Part shown: positions 37,293 to 47,914 of the stretch, one piece after another
How positions within the stretch are numbered: the stretch's first letter is position 1
Layout: the number at the start of each line of letters is the position of its first letter
IMG/VR virus record: IMGVR_UViG_3300042484_000728
DNA from: an uncultured virus (IMG/VR IMGVR_UViG_3300042484_000728)
Taxonomy: Duplodnaviria; Heunggongvirae; Uroviricota; Caudoviricetes
Direction: 5' to 3' (one strand)
DNA length: 64,000 bases
The notes under the pieces: generated by a model
Database searches by the model: none
What the model was told of the DNA's origin: nothing
Seen by the model: the letters and a program-made list of their open reading frames with translations, nothing else
Made by a program: the position numbers and the translations under genes

Positions 37293-37345
37293 AACAATCC
37301 TTTTATATTATTTATACTTTTATTTAGGTAATTTACCTTTCTCAT
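37214..37345 (-). other. Orphan 5' fragment of gp55 (MRKVNYLN) running on as a 43-codon mini-ORF
   Basis: ATG AGA AAG GTA AAT TAC CTA AAT at 37345-37322 encodes the same residues as CGT AAA GTC AAC TAT TTA AAT at 36643-36623. Confidence 0.7.
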
Positions 37346-37386
37346 AGCTAGAGGAATCCTTTTAATATACTACTATAATACAGTCA

Positions 37387-37393
37387 ATAAATA
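37387..37393 (+). promoter_or_regulatory. Late promoter ATAAATA
   Basis: Upstream of the GAGG SD and the ATG at 37418, at the head of the baseplate operon. Confidence 0.6.
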
Positions 37394-37417
37394 CAGTAAA
37401 GCAAGAGGTTTTATTAT

Positions 37418-38473
37418 ATGGCATTAAATTTAGGTGGTTTATTTAACCAATCAGCTGGTAGCTTACCTACCCGTGCATTAACAGGTGGCGGCAAAGATGT
37501 ATTTTCTTTATTGAACCCAAGTAACGCACGTAACGCCATCTCTGGCCTGTTGCCAGGAGGTGTGAGTAGTGAAGCTAAAGGTATACCAAACATAGGCTTC
37601 CAAAGTGCAAATGGTACTGGTGGAGCTACTGCGGCTAATGAAGATGATTGGCGAGTAAGAATAAGTCTATCTCCTAAAGCTAAAATTTGGTACCAAGATC
37701 CTACGATGTTACCTAATGCACTAATGTATCCATTGGTTGAAACTAACGGAGTTATATTTCCGTATACTCCTGCGATCACAGTTACACATAACGCAAACTA
37801 TTCTTCAGCAAGCCTTACACATAGTAATTATCCTGCGTATTTCTACAACAACTCAGAAGTGGCAGCTATTACGATTAGTGGAGACTTTACGGTACAAAAC
37901 CCCAGCGATGGACAGTATTTGATGGCCGCAATATACTTTTTCCGCAGTGCTACTAAAATGTTCTTTGGACAAGGTGATAACGTAGGTAATCCGCCGCCGA
38001 TTGTGTTCTTAGATGGATATGGTAGTCACTATTTCCCACACATACCTTGTGCGGTTACATCATTCCAACATACATTGCCGGATGATGTTGACTATATTCA
38101 AGTGCCTATTAGTAGAACCACTCTGCAAGAGTCGCAGATTTCGCCACCAAGTGTGACAAATAATACTACGCCAGACTTGGCAACTAATAGTATTACTGGA
38201 CCCAACGGAGAAATTTATGCGCCAAATTGGGGATCTACCGGGTCTGCAGCAGGTGATGCTAAATTAGCAGCCAACAATGCCAAAGCCAATACTACAAAAA
38301 CAGAATATAATACAATTACTACAACATCACGATTGCCAACAAGAAGTTCGGTGTCTATAACATTACAACCGATGTACAGTCGTAAAAATCTTGCTGACAA
38401 CTTTGATCTTAATAAATTTGCACAGGGGTTTTTACTAGCTAACAGCGATACTGGTGCAGGAGGATTTATCTAA
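37418..38473 (+). CDS. Baseplate/tail-tube initiator or cap (gp48/gp54-like)
   Basis: 'GVIFPYTP.I', 'F.RS.TKMFFG...G.PPP.V.L.GYG...F..IPC.VTSF', 'LPT.S.VSITLQP.YSR'. Precedes gp53-like. Confidence 0.55.
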   Translation: MALNLGGLFNQSAGSLPTRALTGGGKDVFSLLNPSNARNAISGLLPGGVSSEAKGIPNIGFQSANGTGGATAANEDDWRVRISLSPKAKIWYQDPTMLPNALMYPLVETNGVIFPYTPAITVTHNANYSSASLTHSNYPAYFYNNSEVAAITISGDFTVQNPSDGQYLMAAIYFFRSATKMFFGQGDNVGNPPPIVFLDGYGSHYFPHIPCAVTSFQHTLPDDVDYIQVPISRTTLQESQISPPSVTNNTTPDLATNSITGPNGEIYAPNWGSTGSAAGDAKLAANNAKANTTKTEYNTITTTSRLPTRSSVSITLQPMYSRKNLADNFDLNKFAQGFLLANSDTGAGGFI

Positions 38474-38775
38474 TGGCAACAAACTACGGCAAAGCCAGTC
38501 CCTATTCAAAAACAGATTTTTATGGGTTTTTTATGGATGTGGCTACAATTCCTAGCATACCCATTGATCCAAAAGATGTACAATATCAAATTGATGTTAT
38601 CTATAAACAACGTCCCGACCTATTAGCCTACGACTTATACGGCGACCCTAAACTATGGTGGGTATTTGCTATACGAAACCCCAATGTTATTCAAGACCCT
38701 ATATATGATTTTGAGCCCGGGGTAACTATCTATATCCCACAAAAACAAAATCTAGTAGCAAGTTTAGGGCTTTAA
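38473..38775 (+). CDS. gp53: Baseplate wedge protein, gp53-like (LysM-like)
   Basis: 'RPDLLAYDLYGDPKLWWVFA.RN'. Confidence 0.8.
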   Translation: MATNYGKASPYSKTDFYGFFMDVATIPSIPIDPKDVQYQIDVIYKQRPDLLAYDLYGDPKLWWVFAIRNPNVIQDPIYDFEPGVTIYIPQKQNLVASLGL

Positions 38776-38787
38776 TGAGAAGTATCA

Positions 38788-41700
38788 ATGGATAATCGAA
38801 TAACGTCACTAACCCCAGCTACACAAAAACTAGCTCAACAGCTCATCGACGCTTGTGCTGCCGCAGGGGTGCCAATTAAACTTACCAGCACACTAAGAAC
38901 TTCTGCAGAACAAAATACACTATATGCGCAAGGACGCACTGCACCTGGGCAAATTGTTACAAATCTTAAAGGCGGCCAGGGTATACACGAAACAGGGCAG
39001 GCATTTGATGTTATTCCTGTAAATGGTGGATATCATGCTTCACAAGCTACCTGGCAACAAATTGGTAAAATTGGTGAAGGATTAGGTTTAGAGTGGGGCG
39101 GCAATTGGAAGAACTTTAAAGATTTACCTCATTTCCAATTAAAAGGTGCCAAAGCCGGCCAGGCGGCTCCGGGCTCAAACCCAATTGCAGCACCTAGCTT
39201 ATCAGGCGTGCCTTGGACCGGACCAATACCGTCTGAATCAGATAACGTTGATAGAGCAACTCCCGGCACCGATATTTTTATAGTGCAAAATGCGCCACCA
39301 ATACCTAATAGACTACATCGATATGCCAGTTATATCTATTCTTTAAGTCTACACATGATGACCAATGAAGAATACGATAATTTAGTTGTAACGCAGGAAT
39401 ACTCGGCTAAAAATGTCATTATAGCCAGTGCAGGGCGCCATAGTGCTAATTTCCAACGTAATAAAAATTGGATTGAGGATTTCTATTTTGAAAACTTCAG
39501 TATGAAGACTATCATAAGTCCCAATGACGAATCGGGCAATACAAATGCCATTAGCTGCAATTTTGAAATTATAGAGCCGTATGGCTTTACAATGGTTGAG
39601 AGAATTATCAAAACTACTGAAGATTTGGGTGGTAGTAATTATCTTGACATGCCCTATCTAGTACAGATTGATTTTTTTGCCATTGACGATGCCGGGGAAA
39701 TTACTGGGGCGGTTCCGGAATTACAAAAACGTTTCCCAATTAAACTCAATAAATTAGGCATTAGGATTACAGAACGTGGCGCCGTATATGACTTTAGAGC
39801 ATCACCGTATGGCCATGCTGCATTTGAAAGCACTACAGTAACAGTGCCAGCTAACATGGAAGTAACATCACGAACTATAGTTGATTTCTTTCAGAGCAGT
39901 GAAGGCACATCTGTTGGCGGCCTTAATCAAGCTATACAGCAGTTTGACACTAATCAGCGGGAATCAACCTCCCCATCCACAGGCACACCTGCAACACTTA
40001 ATGCTGACTCGTTTGGCACCGCTATCAATGCCTACTACAAAGGTTTAAAAGACGCAGGCAAAATAGCCATAGCAGATGTATATCGTTTTGAATTCTTACC
40101 TGACCCCGACACAGGGCAAGACATCTTAGGAACAGCAACGTTTATAGAAGATAAACGTAATACTCCTAAAGAAACCCCAATGAAGAAAAACGAAAACATC
40201 AAAGATGCTGTTAGTATGAGAATGGCCGACATTGGCAGTAGTCAAAACACATATGATACTAGTAGGGGTATTTTTAGTATTAATTATGGTACAACAATTG
40301 ACAAATTATTAGAATATGTAATACGTAATAGTTCTTATATTCACGACCAATTGGTATTACCTGACGGTATATCCAATGAAGAATATAAAGCCCGCAAAGA
40401 TGCAATGAAAGATAAGCCACTTAAATGGTTTAGAATTATTCCTAAGGTTAGACCGTTGGGCTTTGATAAAATAAGAAAAATACAAGCTAAAGAAGTAACC
40501 TACACTGTTAAGCCTTATAAGATGTATAACTTACGTAGCGATATTGCGCCGCAAGGAACAGTAGTTACACCAGTTAAGGCATACAACTATTTCTTTACAG
40601 GAAAGAATAGCGATATCATTCATTTAGATATTGTGTTTAATACATTATATTATACTCAACAAACTGCTTATAGAAGTAGCATGGCTAGCCAAAATCCTAC
40701 AGGCGATAGTATTACTACAAATTATGAATTTCAAAATGCTCCTAACTATTCGGGAGGCGATGCGCCTAAAGGTATTAACTATGACGCGGTAATGCCTCTA
40801 GTAATGAAACCTGTTGTGCAAAACTCTAAAGCAGTGGCTACAGGTAATCCAAGTACTGCTAAAGAAGTCGGTGCAGCTGATCTAGCAGATAGTATTATGA
40901 GTAGTAGTGAAGCAGATATGCTTAGGGTAAAAATGACTATCATTGGTGATCCTGACTACATTAAACAAGACGATATATTTTACGGTGCAGACACTTCAAA
41001 TTCTTTAAGAGTTAGTTCAGAAATTGACAAACGTCTACTACCTGATGGCGGCAGTCTTGTGATGGATGACGGTAGTTTATACGTGCAAGTGTTGTTTAAG
41101 GTCCCTAGAGACATAGATGATAGCACAGGCTTTATGAAATATGATGCGGGCGAGAGAAATAGCGTGTTCAGCGGATTGTACCAAGTGCTTAGTGTAACTA
41201 GCACATTTACTAAAGGACAATTTACTCAAGAGCTTACGATGACTAGAATACCAAGACAGGTAGCCTTTGACTATGTAAGTAGAAATAACAATCAATCGGC
41301 AGAACGACCTGGCTCAGCTACTGTGGCTGCAACTCCAGTACAGCAAGCACCTAATCCGCCAACAACAGATACTGCTACAGCAACTGATACTGCTGTTGAT
41401 CAAATTCCAGGGCAAGAACAAGAGGTATCTATAGCAAATAACGCAGAGGCTGCACCATCTACACAACAACAAGATTTGGCAGCTGTTAGGGCCGCCGGAG
41501 TTGCAACCGATATTAATAATCAAAATGCCCCAGCCGCTATAGTGCCGCCGCCAGTTCCAACCGAAGCAGATAATAATGCACAGTTCTTAGGTAAAGCAAA
41601 AGTAATAGCACAACAAGTTAAGGACCTGGTAATACAACGCGATAGTGTTTATAACTCATACAGAGCCACTGATAGAGGACTTACTAGAGTTGAAGATCAG

Positions 41701-41976
41701 TTGATTGCTGATGATCCAGCCAATGCCGATTTGAGTGAAAAAGATCTGGCAGCTAAATCACAAGAATATGCTACATTGTTGGCAAGAAAACAAAATCTTC
41801 TAGCACAACAAAAATCTCTAAATCAACAGATAGTAGATACAGCAAATTCGATCCCAGCACTGGGATTTAGTATGAATGCAACAATTCAGTCTAGTGTGCA
41901 GTTTAACACAACTGCAAGAGGTCCTAACCCATCAATTGTTGTTGGCGGACAAACAATATTAGAGCAACAATATTAG
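38788..41976 (+). CDS. Baseplate hub-like protein with N-terminal M15 (L-Ala-D-Glu-type) peptidase domain
   Basis: N-terminal 'TLRTSAEQN.LYAQGRT..G.IVT...H..G.AFD...WGG.W..FKD.PHFQ'. Later 'IIGDP', 'FSGLYQV..V...F..GQFTQ.L' are typical of hub proteins. Confidence 0.7.
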   Translation: MDNRITSLTPATQKLAQQLIDACAAAGVPIKLTSTLRTSAEQNTLYAQGRTAPGQIVTNLKGGQGIHETGQAFDVIPVNGGYHASQATWQQIGKIGEGLGLEWGGNWKNFKDLPHFQLKGAKAGQAAPGSNPIAAPSLSGVPWTGPIPSESDNVDRATPGTDIFIVQNAPPIPNRLHRYASYIYSLSLHMMTNEEYDNLVVTQEYSAKNVIIASAGRHSANFQRNKNWIEDFYFENFSMKTIISPNDESGNTNAISCNFEIIEPYGFTMVERIIKTTEDLGGSNYLDMPYLVQIDFFAIDDAGEITGAVPELQKRFPIKLNKLGIRITERGAVYDFRASPYGHAAFESTTVTVPANMEVTSRTIVDFFQSSEGTSVGGLNQAIQQFDTNQRESTSPSTGTPATLNADSFGTAINAYYKGLKDAGKIAIADVYRFEFLPDPDTGQDILGTATFIEDKRNTPKETPMKKNENIKDAVSMRMADIGSSQNTYDTSRGIFSINYGTTIDKLLEYVIRNSSYIHDQLVLPDGISNEEYKARKDAMKDKPLKWFRIIPKVRPLGFDKIRKIQAKEVTYTVKPYKMYNLRSDIAPQGTVVTPVKAYNYFFTGKNSDIIHLDIVFNTLYYTQQTAYRSSMASQNPTGDSITTNYEFQNAPNYSGGDAPKGINYDAVMPLVMKPVVQNSKAVATGNPSTAKEVGAADLADSIMSSSEADMLRVKMTIIGDPDYIKQDDIFYGADTSNSLRVSSEIDKRLLPDGGSLVMDDGSLYVQVLFKVPRDIDDSTGFMKYDAGERNSVFSGLYQVLSVTSTFTKGQFTQELTMTRIPRQVAFDYVSRNNNQSAERPGSATVAATPVQQAPNPPTTDTATATDTAVDQIPGQEQEVSIANNAEAAPSTQQQDLAAVRAAGVATDINNQNAPAAIVPPPVPTEADNNAQFLGKAKVIAQQVKDLVIQRDSVYNSYRATDRGLTRVEDQLIADDPANADLSEKDLAAKSQEYATLLARKQNLLAQQKSLNQQIVDTANSIPALGFSMNATIQSSVQFNTTARGPNPSIVVGGQTILEQQY

Positions 41977-41987
41977 GATAATAAGAT

Positions 41988-44036
41988 ATGGCAATAGATA
42001 GTAGAGCCGGCAACAAGGTTATTAAGAATGCTCGTCGTGAAGATGCTGCAGGCACCCGTGTTGATCCGTATCCTTATATTGGTATTATTAAAAATAACCT
42101 AGACCCAACTCGCAGCGGCAGACTACAAGTTTATATCCCAGACCTAGGCGGTCCCGAGGACGATCCCAAAAACTGGCGCACAGTTAGTTATACTAGTCCA
42201 TTTTTAGGTTACACTAGTCAGACACAATCGTCAACTGATCGCCCTAGCCAAGAAAATAAATTTGGTACAGTGCACCACACCTACGGTATGTGGATGGTTC
42301 CACCAGATATCGGCGTGCAGATTATTGTAATTTTTGTAGCTGGCGATCCGTTGCGTGGTTACGGATTAGCATGCGTTAATCCGCATTTAAGTCATTATAT
42401 GATGCCCGGTCTGGCAGGGACATCAAATGTTGATCGTAATAGCTTAACTCCCGGACAGCGTAAACAAATTCAAGAAGGTGATATTGTACCGGTTGTGGAG
42501 TTCAATCAATATACCAGCGATTTTACTAACAACGCCTTTTATAACAATAACAAACCGTTACATACATACCAGTATTCGATATATCAAAAACAAGGCTTAG
42601 AAAGAGATATTGTCCGTGGCCCAGTTTCAAGTAGTAGCCAACGAGAAAGTCCTAGTTTTGTATTTGGTATTAGTACCCCAGGTCGCCCTGTAAATGACCC
42701 TGCAGATGATCCAAGTTATTTGCCAGATCTCGAAGCTGGTAAATTAAATTCTAAATATACTGAGGTAAAATCACGCAAAGGTGGACACGTGTTCTTAATG
42801 GATGACGGTGCCACTACTGGTGAAGATCAACTTATTCGATTACGTACAGCAGGCGGTCATCAAATCTTGATGCACGACAGCAACGAGTCACTGTATATTG
42901 CCCATGCCAACGGTTTTAGCTGGGTAGAATTAACTAAAGATGGTAAAATTTTAGCCTATAGCAAACGAGGCATGGCCTTGCGTACAGAGGGTACATTTGA
43001 CATACATGCTGACGGCGACTTTAATCTTGATGTAGGTGGCAAAATTAATATCAAGGCGGGTACTAGTCTAAAATTAGAAACACCTTTGATAGATTTTCTT
43101 GCTGAGGGTAAATTTAATGTAACTGCAAATTCTGGTACTGAATTTAAGGTGGGCGCATTTAAAGTAGATTCGGCCGCAAAAATAGGTCTTAAGGCCGGAG
43201 GCATAATTGCACTTGAGGGTGCTAGCATTAAACAGAATAGTGGCGGCACAGATTCATTAAAAGCTATAACCCCTATACAAACCCGTAAACTGCCCGAGGT
43301 AACAGGATCTGGCGGTACGTGGTCAAGTAAACCCGGCGCACTAGAAACTATAGTATCAATAGCACCCACACACGAGCCCTACGACCGTGGTACTAGAGCC
43401 AGGGCATTTACTCCGACAAGTCCAGGTATACAACCCAATGCTTCGTTCTCGGGTACCGATGCAACTAAGAGCGACACAACTTCAACTGCGGGAGTAGAAA
43501 ACGCAGCTACTCCTAAAGATATTCGTAATCAACCACCTGCGGTTGCACCAGCTGGTTCGCTGACTAAAGATGAAACCACTGCCTTAATGTCACAGTTGGG
43601 ACAGGGCAACGACTATACTACCACAGGCAGCGATGGTAAACTAGGCAAATATCAATTAGACTACAAAGCGTTACAAGAGCAAGGCTATATTAAGAGCACA
43701 GTTACCAGCAACGATCAATTGACTAACCCTAATAGCTGGACAAACAAAAACAGTATCACCGATGCAACTAGCTTTTTAAGCAACAAAACAGAACAAGAAA
43801 GTGTGATGTCAGCAGTAACTAATCAAAATTACACTAACCTACTGTCTAGCGGTGCAATTACGGCTGATCAAACACCAGCTGATGTAGCAGGAATGATGAG
43901 TGTAGCTCATAAGTTGGGTTCAGATGCTGCCCTGTCATTCAGATCTGGTAGTGGACCTGGCGCAGAATTGTTTAACCAAGGCAAGTATGCGGTCAGCGTA
44001 CTGGCACCCAAACTACCAAGTATCAATGCTGGATAA
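41988..44036 (+). CDS. gp5: Baseplate central spike, gp5/VgrG-like (OB-fold, beta-helix, C-terminal lysozyme-like remnant)
   Basis: 'DPTRSGRLQVYIP', 'YGMWMVPPD.G..I.V.F..GD', 'GH.F.MDD...LIRLRT.GGHQILMHD', followed by beta-helix repeats. Confidence 0.7.
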   Translation: MAIDSRAGNKVIKNARREDAAGTRVDPYPYIGIIKNNLDPTRSGRLQVYIPDLGGPEDDPKNWRTVSYTSPFLGYTSQTQSSTDRPSQENKFGTVHHTYGMWMVPPDIGVQIIVIFVAGDPLRGYGLACVNPHLSHYMMPGLAGTSNVDRNSLTPGQRKQIQEGDIVPVVEFNQYTSDFTNNAFYNNNKPLHTYQYSIYQKQGLERDIVRGPVSSSSQRESPSFVFGISTPGRPVNDPADDPSYLPDLEAGKLNSKYTEVKSRKGGHVFLMDDGATTGEDQLIRLRTAGGHQILMHDSNESLYIAHANGFSWVELTKDGKILAYSKRGMALRTEGTFDIHADGDFNLDVGGKINIKAGTSLKLETPLIDFLAEGKFNVTANSGTEFKVGAFKVDSAAKIGLKAGGIIALEGASIKQNSGGTDSLKAITPIQTRKLPEVTGSGGTWSSKPGALETIVSIAPTHEPYDRGTRARAFTPTSPGIQPNASFSGTDATKSDTTSTAGVENAATPKDIRNQPPAVAPAGSLTKDETTALMSQLGQGNDYTTTGSDGKLGKYQLDYKALQEQGYIKSTVTSNDQLTNPNSWTNKNSITDATSFLSNKTEQESVMSAVTNQNYTNLLSSGAITADQTPADVAGMMSVAHKLGSDAALSFRSGSGPGAELFNQGKYAVSVLAPKLPSINAG

Positions 44037-44044
44037 ATATTAAT

Positions 44045-44425
44045 ATGGCCGGCGCAACTTATAAAGGATTTAGTACATTAGGAGCAAGCAAAAATTTCCG
44101 CTTGACTGACTTTGACTTAATCAAACAAGACATTATAAATCATTTCAACATCCGTAAAGGTGAGAAGTTGATGAACCCAAACTTTGGTACAATTATCTGG
44201 AATGTACTGTATGAGCCGTTCACAGAAGATTTAAAAAGTGTGATCATTGCAGACATATCGGCCGTTGCTGGTTATGATCCTCGTGTTAGTTTTGATAATA
44301 TCATAGTTACAGAATACGACCAAGGTATTCAAATTGAACTACAATTGCGCTACGTTCCAACTAATCAAATCAATACAATGCTGTTAAATTTTAACGGCGA
44401 ATCCCAATCTCTTTCTGCACAGTAA
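44045..44425 (+). CDS. gp25: Baseplate wedge subunit, gp25-like
   Basis: 'IRKGEKLMNPNFGT.IW..LYEP', 'YDPRV'. Confidence 0.88.
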   Translation: MAGATYKGFSTLGASKNFRLTDFDLIKQDIINHFNIRKGEKLMNPNFGTIIWNVLYEPFTEDLKSVIIADISAVAGYDPRVSFDNIIVTEYDQGIQIELQLRYVPTNQINTMLLNFNGESQSLSAQ

Positions 44426-44476
44426 TTAACTACACAGTTTATTTCTAAGATAAATACATTATATTGGGAATAATGT

Positions 44477-47400
44477 ATGGCAATTACCACAAGACAATCG
44501 AGTTTATTAGTTGCAGAGGACTGGACAAAAGTCTATCAAACCTTCCGTAACGCCGACTTCCAAAGCTACGATTACGAAACGATTCGTGCTAGTATGATTA
44601 GTTACCTTCAATTATACTACCCAGAAGACTTCAACGACTATATTGAATCAAGTGAATTCATTGCACTAATCGATATGATTGCCTTCTTAGGTCAATCATT
44701 GGCCTTCCGTGGCGACTTAAACGCACGTGAAAACTTTATTGACACTGCACAACGTCGTGACAGTGTTCTTAAATTAGCACGATTAATTTCATATAATCCT
44801 AAACGTAATATCAATAGCAAAGGTTACTTAAAATTTGACAGTGTGTCAACAACCGAAACAGTGTTTGACAGCAACGGCATCAATCTAAGCGGACTAGTAG
44901 TTAATTGGGCAGACAGTGCTAACAGCAATTGGTTAGAACAATTCACTATTATTTTAAATGCCGCATTACAAAGCAATCAAATGATTGGCAAACCTGCAGG
45001 TAGTCAGAATATTGCAGGTATCAACGTAGAAGAATATAACATAAATTATGTACCTGGTAGATTATCAGTTTATCCATTTAAAGCCACAGTGGCTGGCACA
45101 AGTATGGACTTTGAATTTGTAAGCCCTACTAGTACAGGTGAAAGCTACATATACGAAGCACCCCCATTGGTATCAGCACCGTTTAATTTCTTATACAGAA
45201 ATGACGGTCTAGGCAACAGTAGCAATAACACAGGTTACTTCTTGTACTTTGTACAGGGTATTATACAATCGCGTGATTTTAACTTTGCAGAAAGTATCCC
45301 TAACCGTATTTTTAATATTAACGTAAACAACATCAATAATAGTGACGTTTGGTTATACAGTGTAAACAGTGACGGAACTTTGGGTCAGCTATGGACACAG
45401 GTTCCTGCTGTAGCTAACACTAACGTTATCTATAACAATACATCAAATCGGAATATCTATCAAGTAAACACACAAGCCGCTGATCAAATTGATCTAGTAT
45501 TTGGTGACGGTGCATTTAGTAATATCCCGCAAGGCAACTTCCGTGTATATTATAGAGCATCAAATGGCCTACAGTATAAAATTACACCCGATGAAATGCA
45601 GGGTGTAGTTATGTCTATTAATTATGTTAGCCAATCGGGCCGGGTTGAGGTATTAAATATCTCAGCTAGTCTGCAATATACTATTGCTAATTCAAGTACA
45701 CGTGAAAGTCTAGATGATATTAAACAAAAGGCTCCACAACAATTCTACACACAGAATCGTATGATCACAGGTGAAGATTATAATATCTTACCTTACACAC
45801 TATTCAGTAATATTTTAAAAATAAAAGCAGTTAACCGTACAAGTTCTGGTGTTAGTCGTTACTTAGATGTCATTGACGCAACTGGCAAATATTCAAGTAC
45901 TAACATCTTTTCACAAGATGGTATGTTATATCGTGATAGCTTTACTGATACATTTAGTTTTGACTTCTTTACAACCAACGACATCTATCGTACAATTTAT
46001 GATCGTGTTGCTCCTATTGCACAAGCAACAGAAACGCAACAATTATTCTACGCTGACTATCCGTTAATTACTTTGACAGATGTATATTGGCACACATCAA
46101 CTACAATTGCCAACGGTTGTACTGGCTTTTTTGTTGACGTAGCAGGCAATATCCTACAAATTGGTGATATAGTTGCCAACAGCAACAAATACATTCGCCA
46201 GGGCGCGATTATTAGATTTAGTGCAGGTACAGGCAATTACTTTGATAGCCAAAACTATGTACGCACAGGCACTCCTAGCAAATCGGGAGACAAATATTAT
46301 GTATATGCAGCTATTGAATTAGTAGTAGGTGACGGCACCAATGGTGGGCAAGGTAATTTAGCCAGTGGTGCAGGACCGGTTACACTAAATCAAATTATTC
46401 CAGCAGTTGGCTTAGACGGTAATGCACAAACTGTTATTGGTGACAAAGTATTTGCGGTGTTTAATGTTGATTTCCCTAACGCATTAGTACAATCAATGGT
46501 GGGCTACATACAAGCGTATGCCAACTTTGGTCTACGCTACGATACAGACACCGGCACCTGGAAAATTATACTACCAACAGACTTAGACTTAACCAGTGAC
46601 TTTGGACTAACATGGGCGGGAGACACTAGCGGGCAAGCCAAAGACGCTAGCTGGATTATTGCATTCCAAACAGTAGGTAAAACATACACTGTATTGTATC
46701 ATGGATTAAATTATGTATTTGAAAGTGTACTAGAAACTAATTTCTACTATGATGGCGCCACAAAGATTTTTGATGCTAAAACGGGCTTAACAGTACACGA
46801 TCAAATTAAGGTGTTAAAAGTTAACAGCAATCCCGATGATAGCAACCCATTGGCATTAGATTATATATGGTACATCAATAAGTCAATTACTGAAGTTGAC
46901 GGGTATGTAAACATTGATAAAATTTATATAACATTCAGCGATAGCGACAATGACGGCATACCTGATAATCCCGAACTGTTTGATCTCATTGTTAACCCTA
47001 CAGTAAACACAGCTGAAAAATATGTATACTTTCAAGATACTGTAAGTTACGATAACTTTGTTATTCAAACTCCTGTGGATAATGCCACCGTGGTGTCATC
47101 ATACAATACCTTGCGTGCAATTGAACAGGCAAAAACACTATATCAAACAGGACAATTATTTTACATTCCTAATTTAGATATATTTTATCAATTAACTGTA
47201 AGCGGTGCAGTGTTTGCAATTAACACAGTTACGGGGTACACAGCTAAACTGGGTCGTCAAGATTTATACTTCCAATATCGTCATAACAGTCCTAATAACA
47301 GACGTATTGACCCAAGCCCAAATAATATTATCGACTTGTATGTATTAACACAGCAATATTCAATTGATTACTTAACATGGATACAAGATACATCTGGACA

Positions 47401-47896
47401 AGTTGCACAGCCGCTGGCACCTACTAGTGAAGAATTGCAACTTGATTACAGCACCTTAGACAACTACAAAGCAATTAGCGACACTATCATTTATAATCCA
47501 GCTAAGTTTAAACCTTTATTTGGTAGCAAGGCAATACCTACGCTGCAGGCTACGTTTAAGATCGTTAAAAATCCTAACGTAGTGATCAGTGATAACGAAA
47601 TTAAAACCAGCGTAATTGCTGCCATTAACACATATTTTGATGTTTCAAACTGGGACTTCGGCGAAACTTTTTACTTTAGTGAACTAGCAAGTTATCTACA
47701 TGTTCAATTAAGTCCTAATGTTTCTAGCATTATCATTGTTCCTGCTAATCAAGCAGATGCATTTGGTAGTTTATTACAGGTAAATGCTAACATCAATGAA
47801 ATTATTACAAGCGCAGCCACAGTAGACAACGTACAAATTATTACAGCAATTACTGCGGCACAATTAAATCAAACTGGTGCAATCATAGTAAGTTAA
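44477..47896 (+). CDS. gp6: Baseplate wedge protein, gp6-like
   Basis: 'DFNDYIESS..IALID..A', 'NARENFIDTAQRRDSV.KLA.LI.Y.P', 'FGDG', 'ES.DDIK..AP..F.TQNRM.T..DY'. Late promoter at 44450-44456. Confidence 0.85.
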   Translation: MAITTRQSSLLVAEDWTKVYQTFRNADFQSYDYETIRASMISYLQLYYPEDFNDYIESSEFIALIDMIAFLGQSLAFRGDLNARENFIDTAQRRDSVLKLARLISYNPKRNINSKGYLKFDSVSTTETVFDSNGINLSGLVVNWADSANSNWLEQFTIILNAALQSNQMIGKPAGSQNIAGINVEEYNINYVPGRLSVYPFKATVAGTSMDFEFVSPTSTGESYIYEAPPLVSAPFNFLYRNDGLGNSSNNTGYFLYFVQGIIQSRDFNFAESIPNRIFNINVNNINNSDVWLYSVNSDGTLGQLWTQVPAVANTNVIYNNTSNRNIYQVNTQAADQIDLVFGDGAFSNIPQGNFRVYYRASNGLQYKITPDEMQGVVMSINYVSQSGRVEVLNISASLQYTIANSSTRESLDDIKQKAPQQFYTQNRMITGEDYNILPYTLFSNILKIKAVNRTSSGVSRYLDVIDATGKYSSTNIFSQDGMLYRDSFTDTFSFDFFTTNDIYRTIYDRVAPIAQATETQQLFYADYPLITLTDVYWHTSTTIANGCTGFFVDVAGNILQIGDIVANSNKYIRQGAIIRFSAGTGNYFDSQNYVRTGTPSKSGDKYYVYAAIELVVGDGTNGGQGNLASGAGPVTLNQIIPAVGLDGNAQTVIGDKVFAVFNVDFPNALVQSMVGYIQAYANFGLRYDTDTGTWKIILPTDLDLTSDFGLTWAGDTSGQAKDASWIIAFQTVGKTYTVLYHGLNYVFESVLETNFYYDGATKIFDAKTGLTVHDQIKVLKVNSNPDDSNPLALDYIWYINKSITEVDGYVNIDKIYITFSDSDNDGIPDNPELFDLIVNPTVNTAEKYVYFQDTVSYDNFVIQTPVDNATVVSSYNTLRAIEQAKTLYQTGQLFYIPNLDIFYQLTVSGAVFAINTVTGYTAKLGRQDLYFQYRHNSPNNRRIDPSPNNIIDLYVLTQQYSIDYLTWIQDTSGQVAQPLAPTSEELQLDYSTLDNYKAISDTIIYNPAKFKPLFGSKAIPTLQATFKIVKNPNVVISDNEIKTSVIAAINTYFDVSNWDFGETFYFSELASYLHVQLSPNVSSIIIVPANQADAFGSLLQVNANINEIITSAATVDNVQIITAITAAQLNQTGAIIVS

Positions 47897-47914
47897 CAAA
47901 AAGACGGGACTAGC

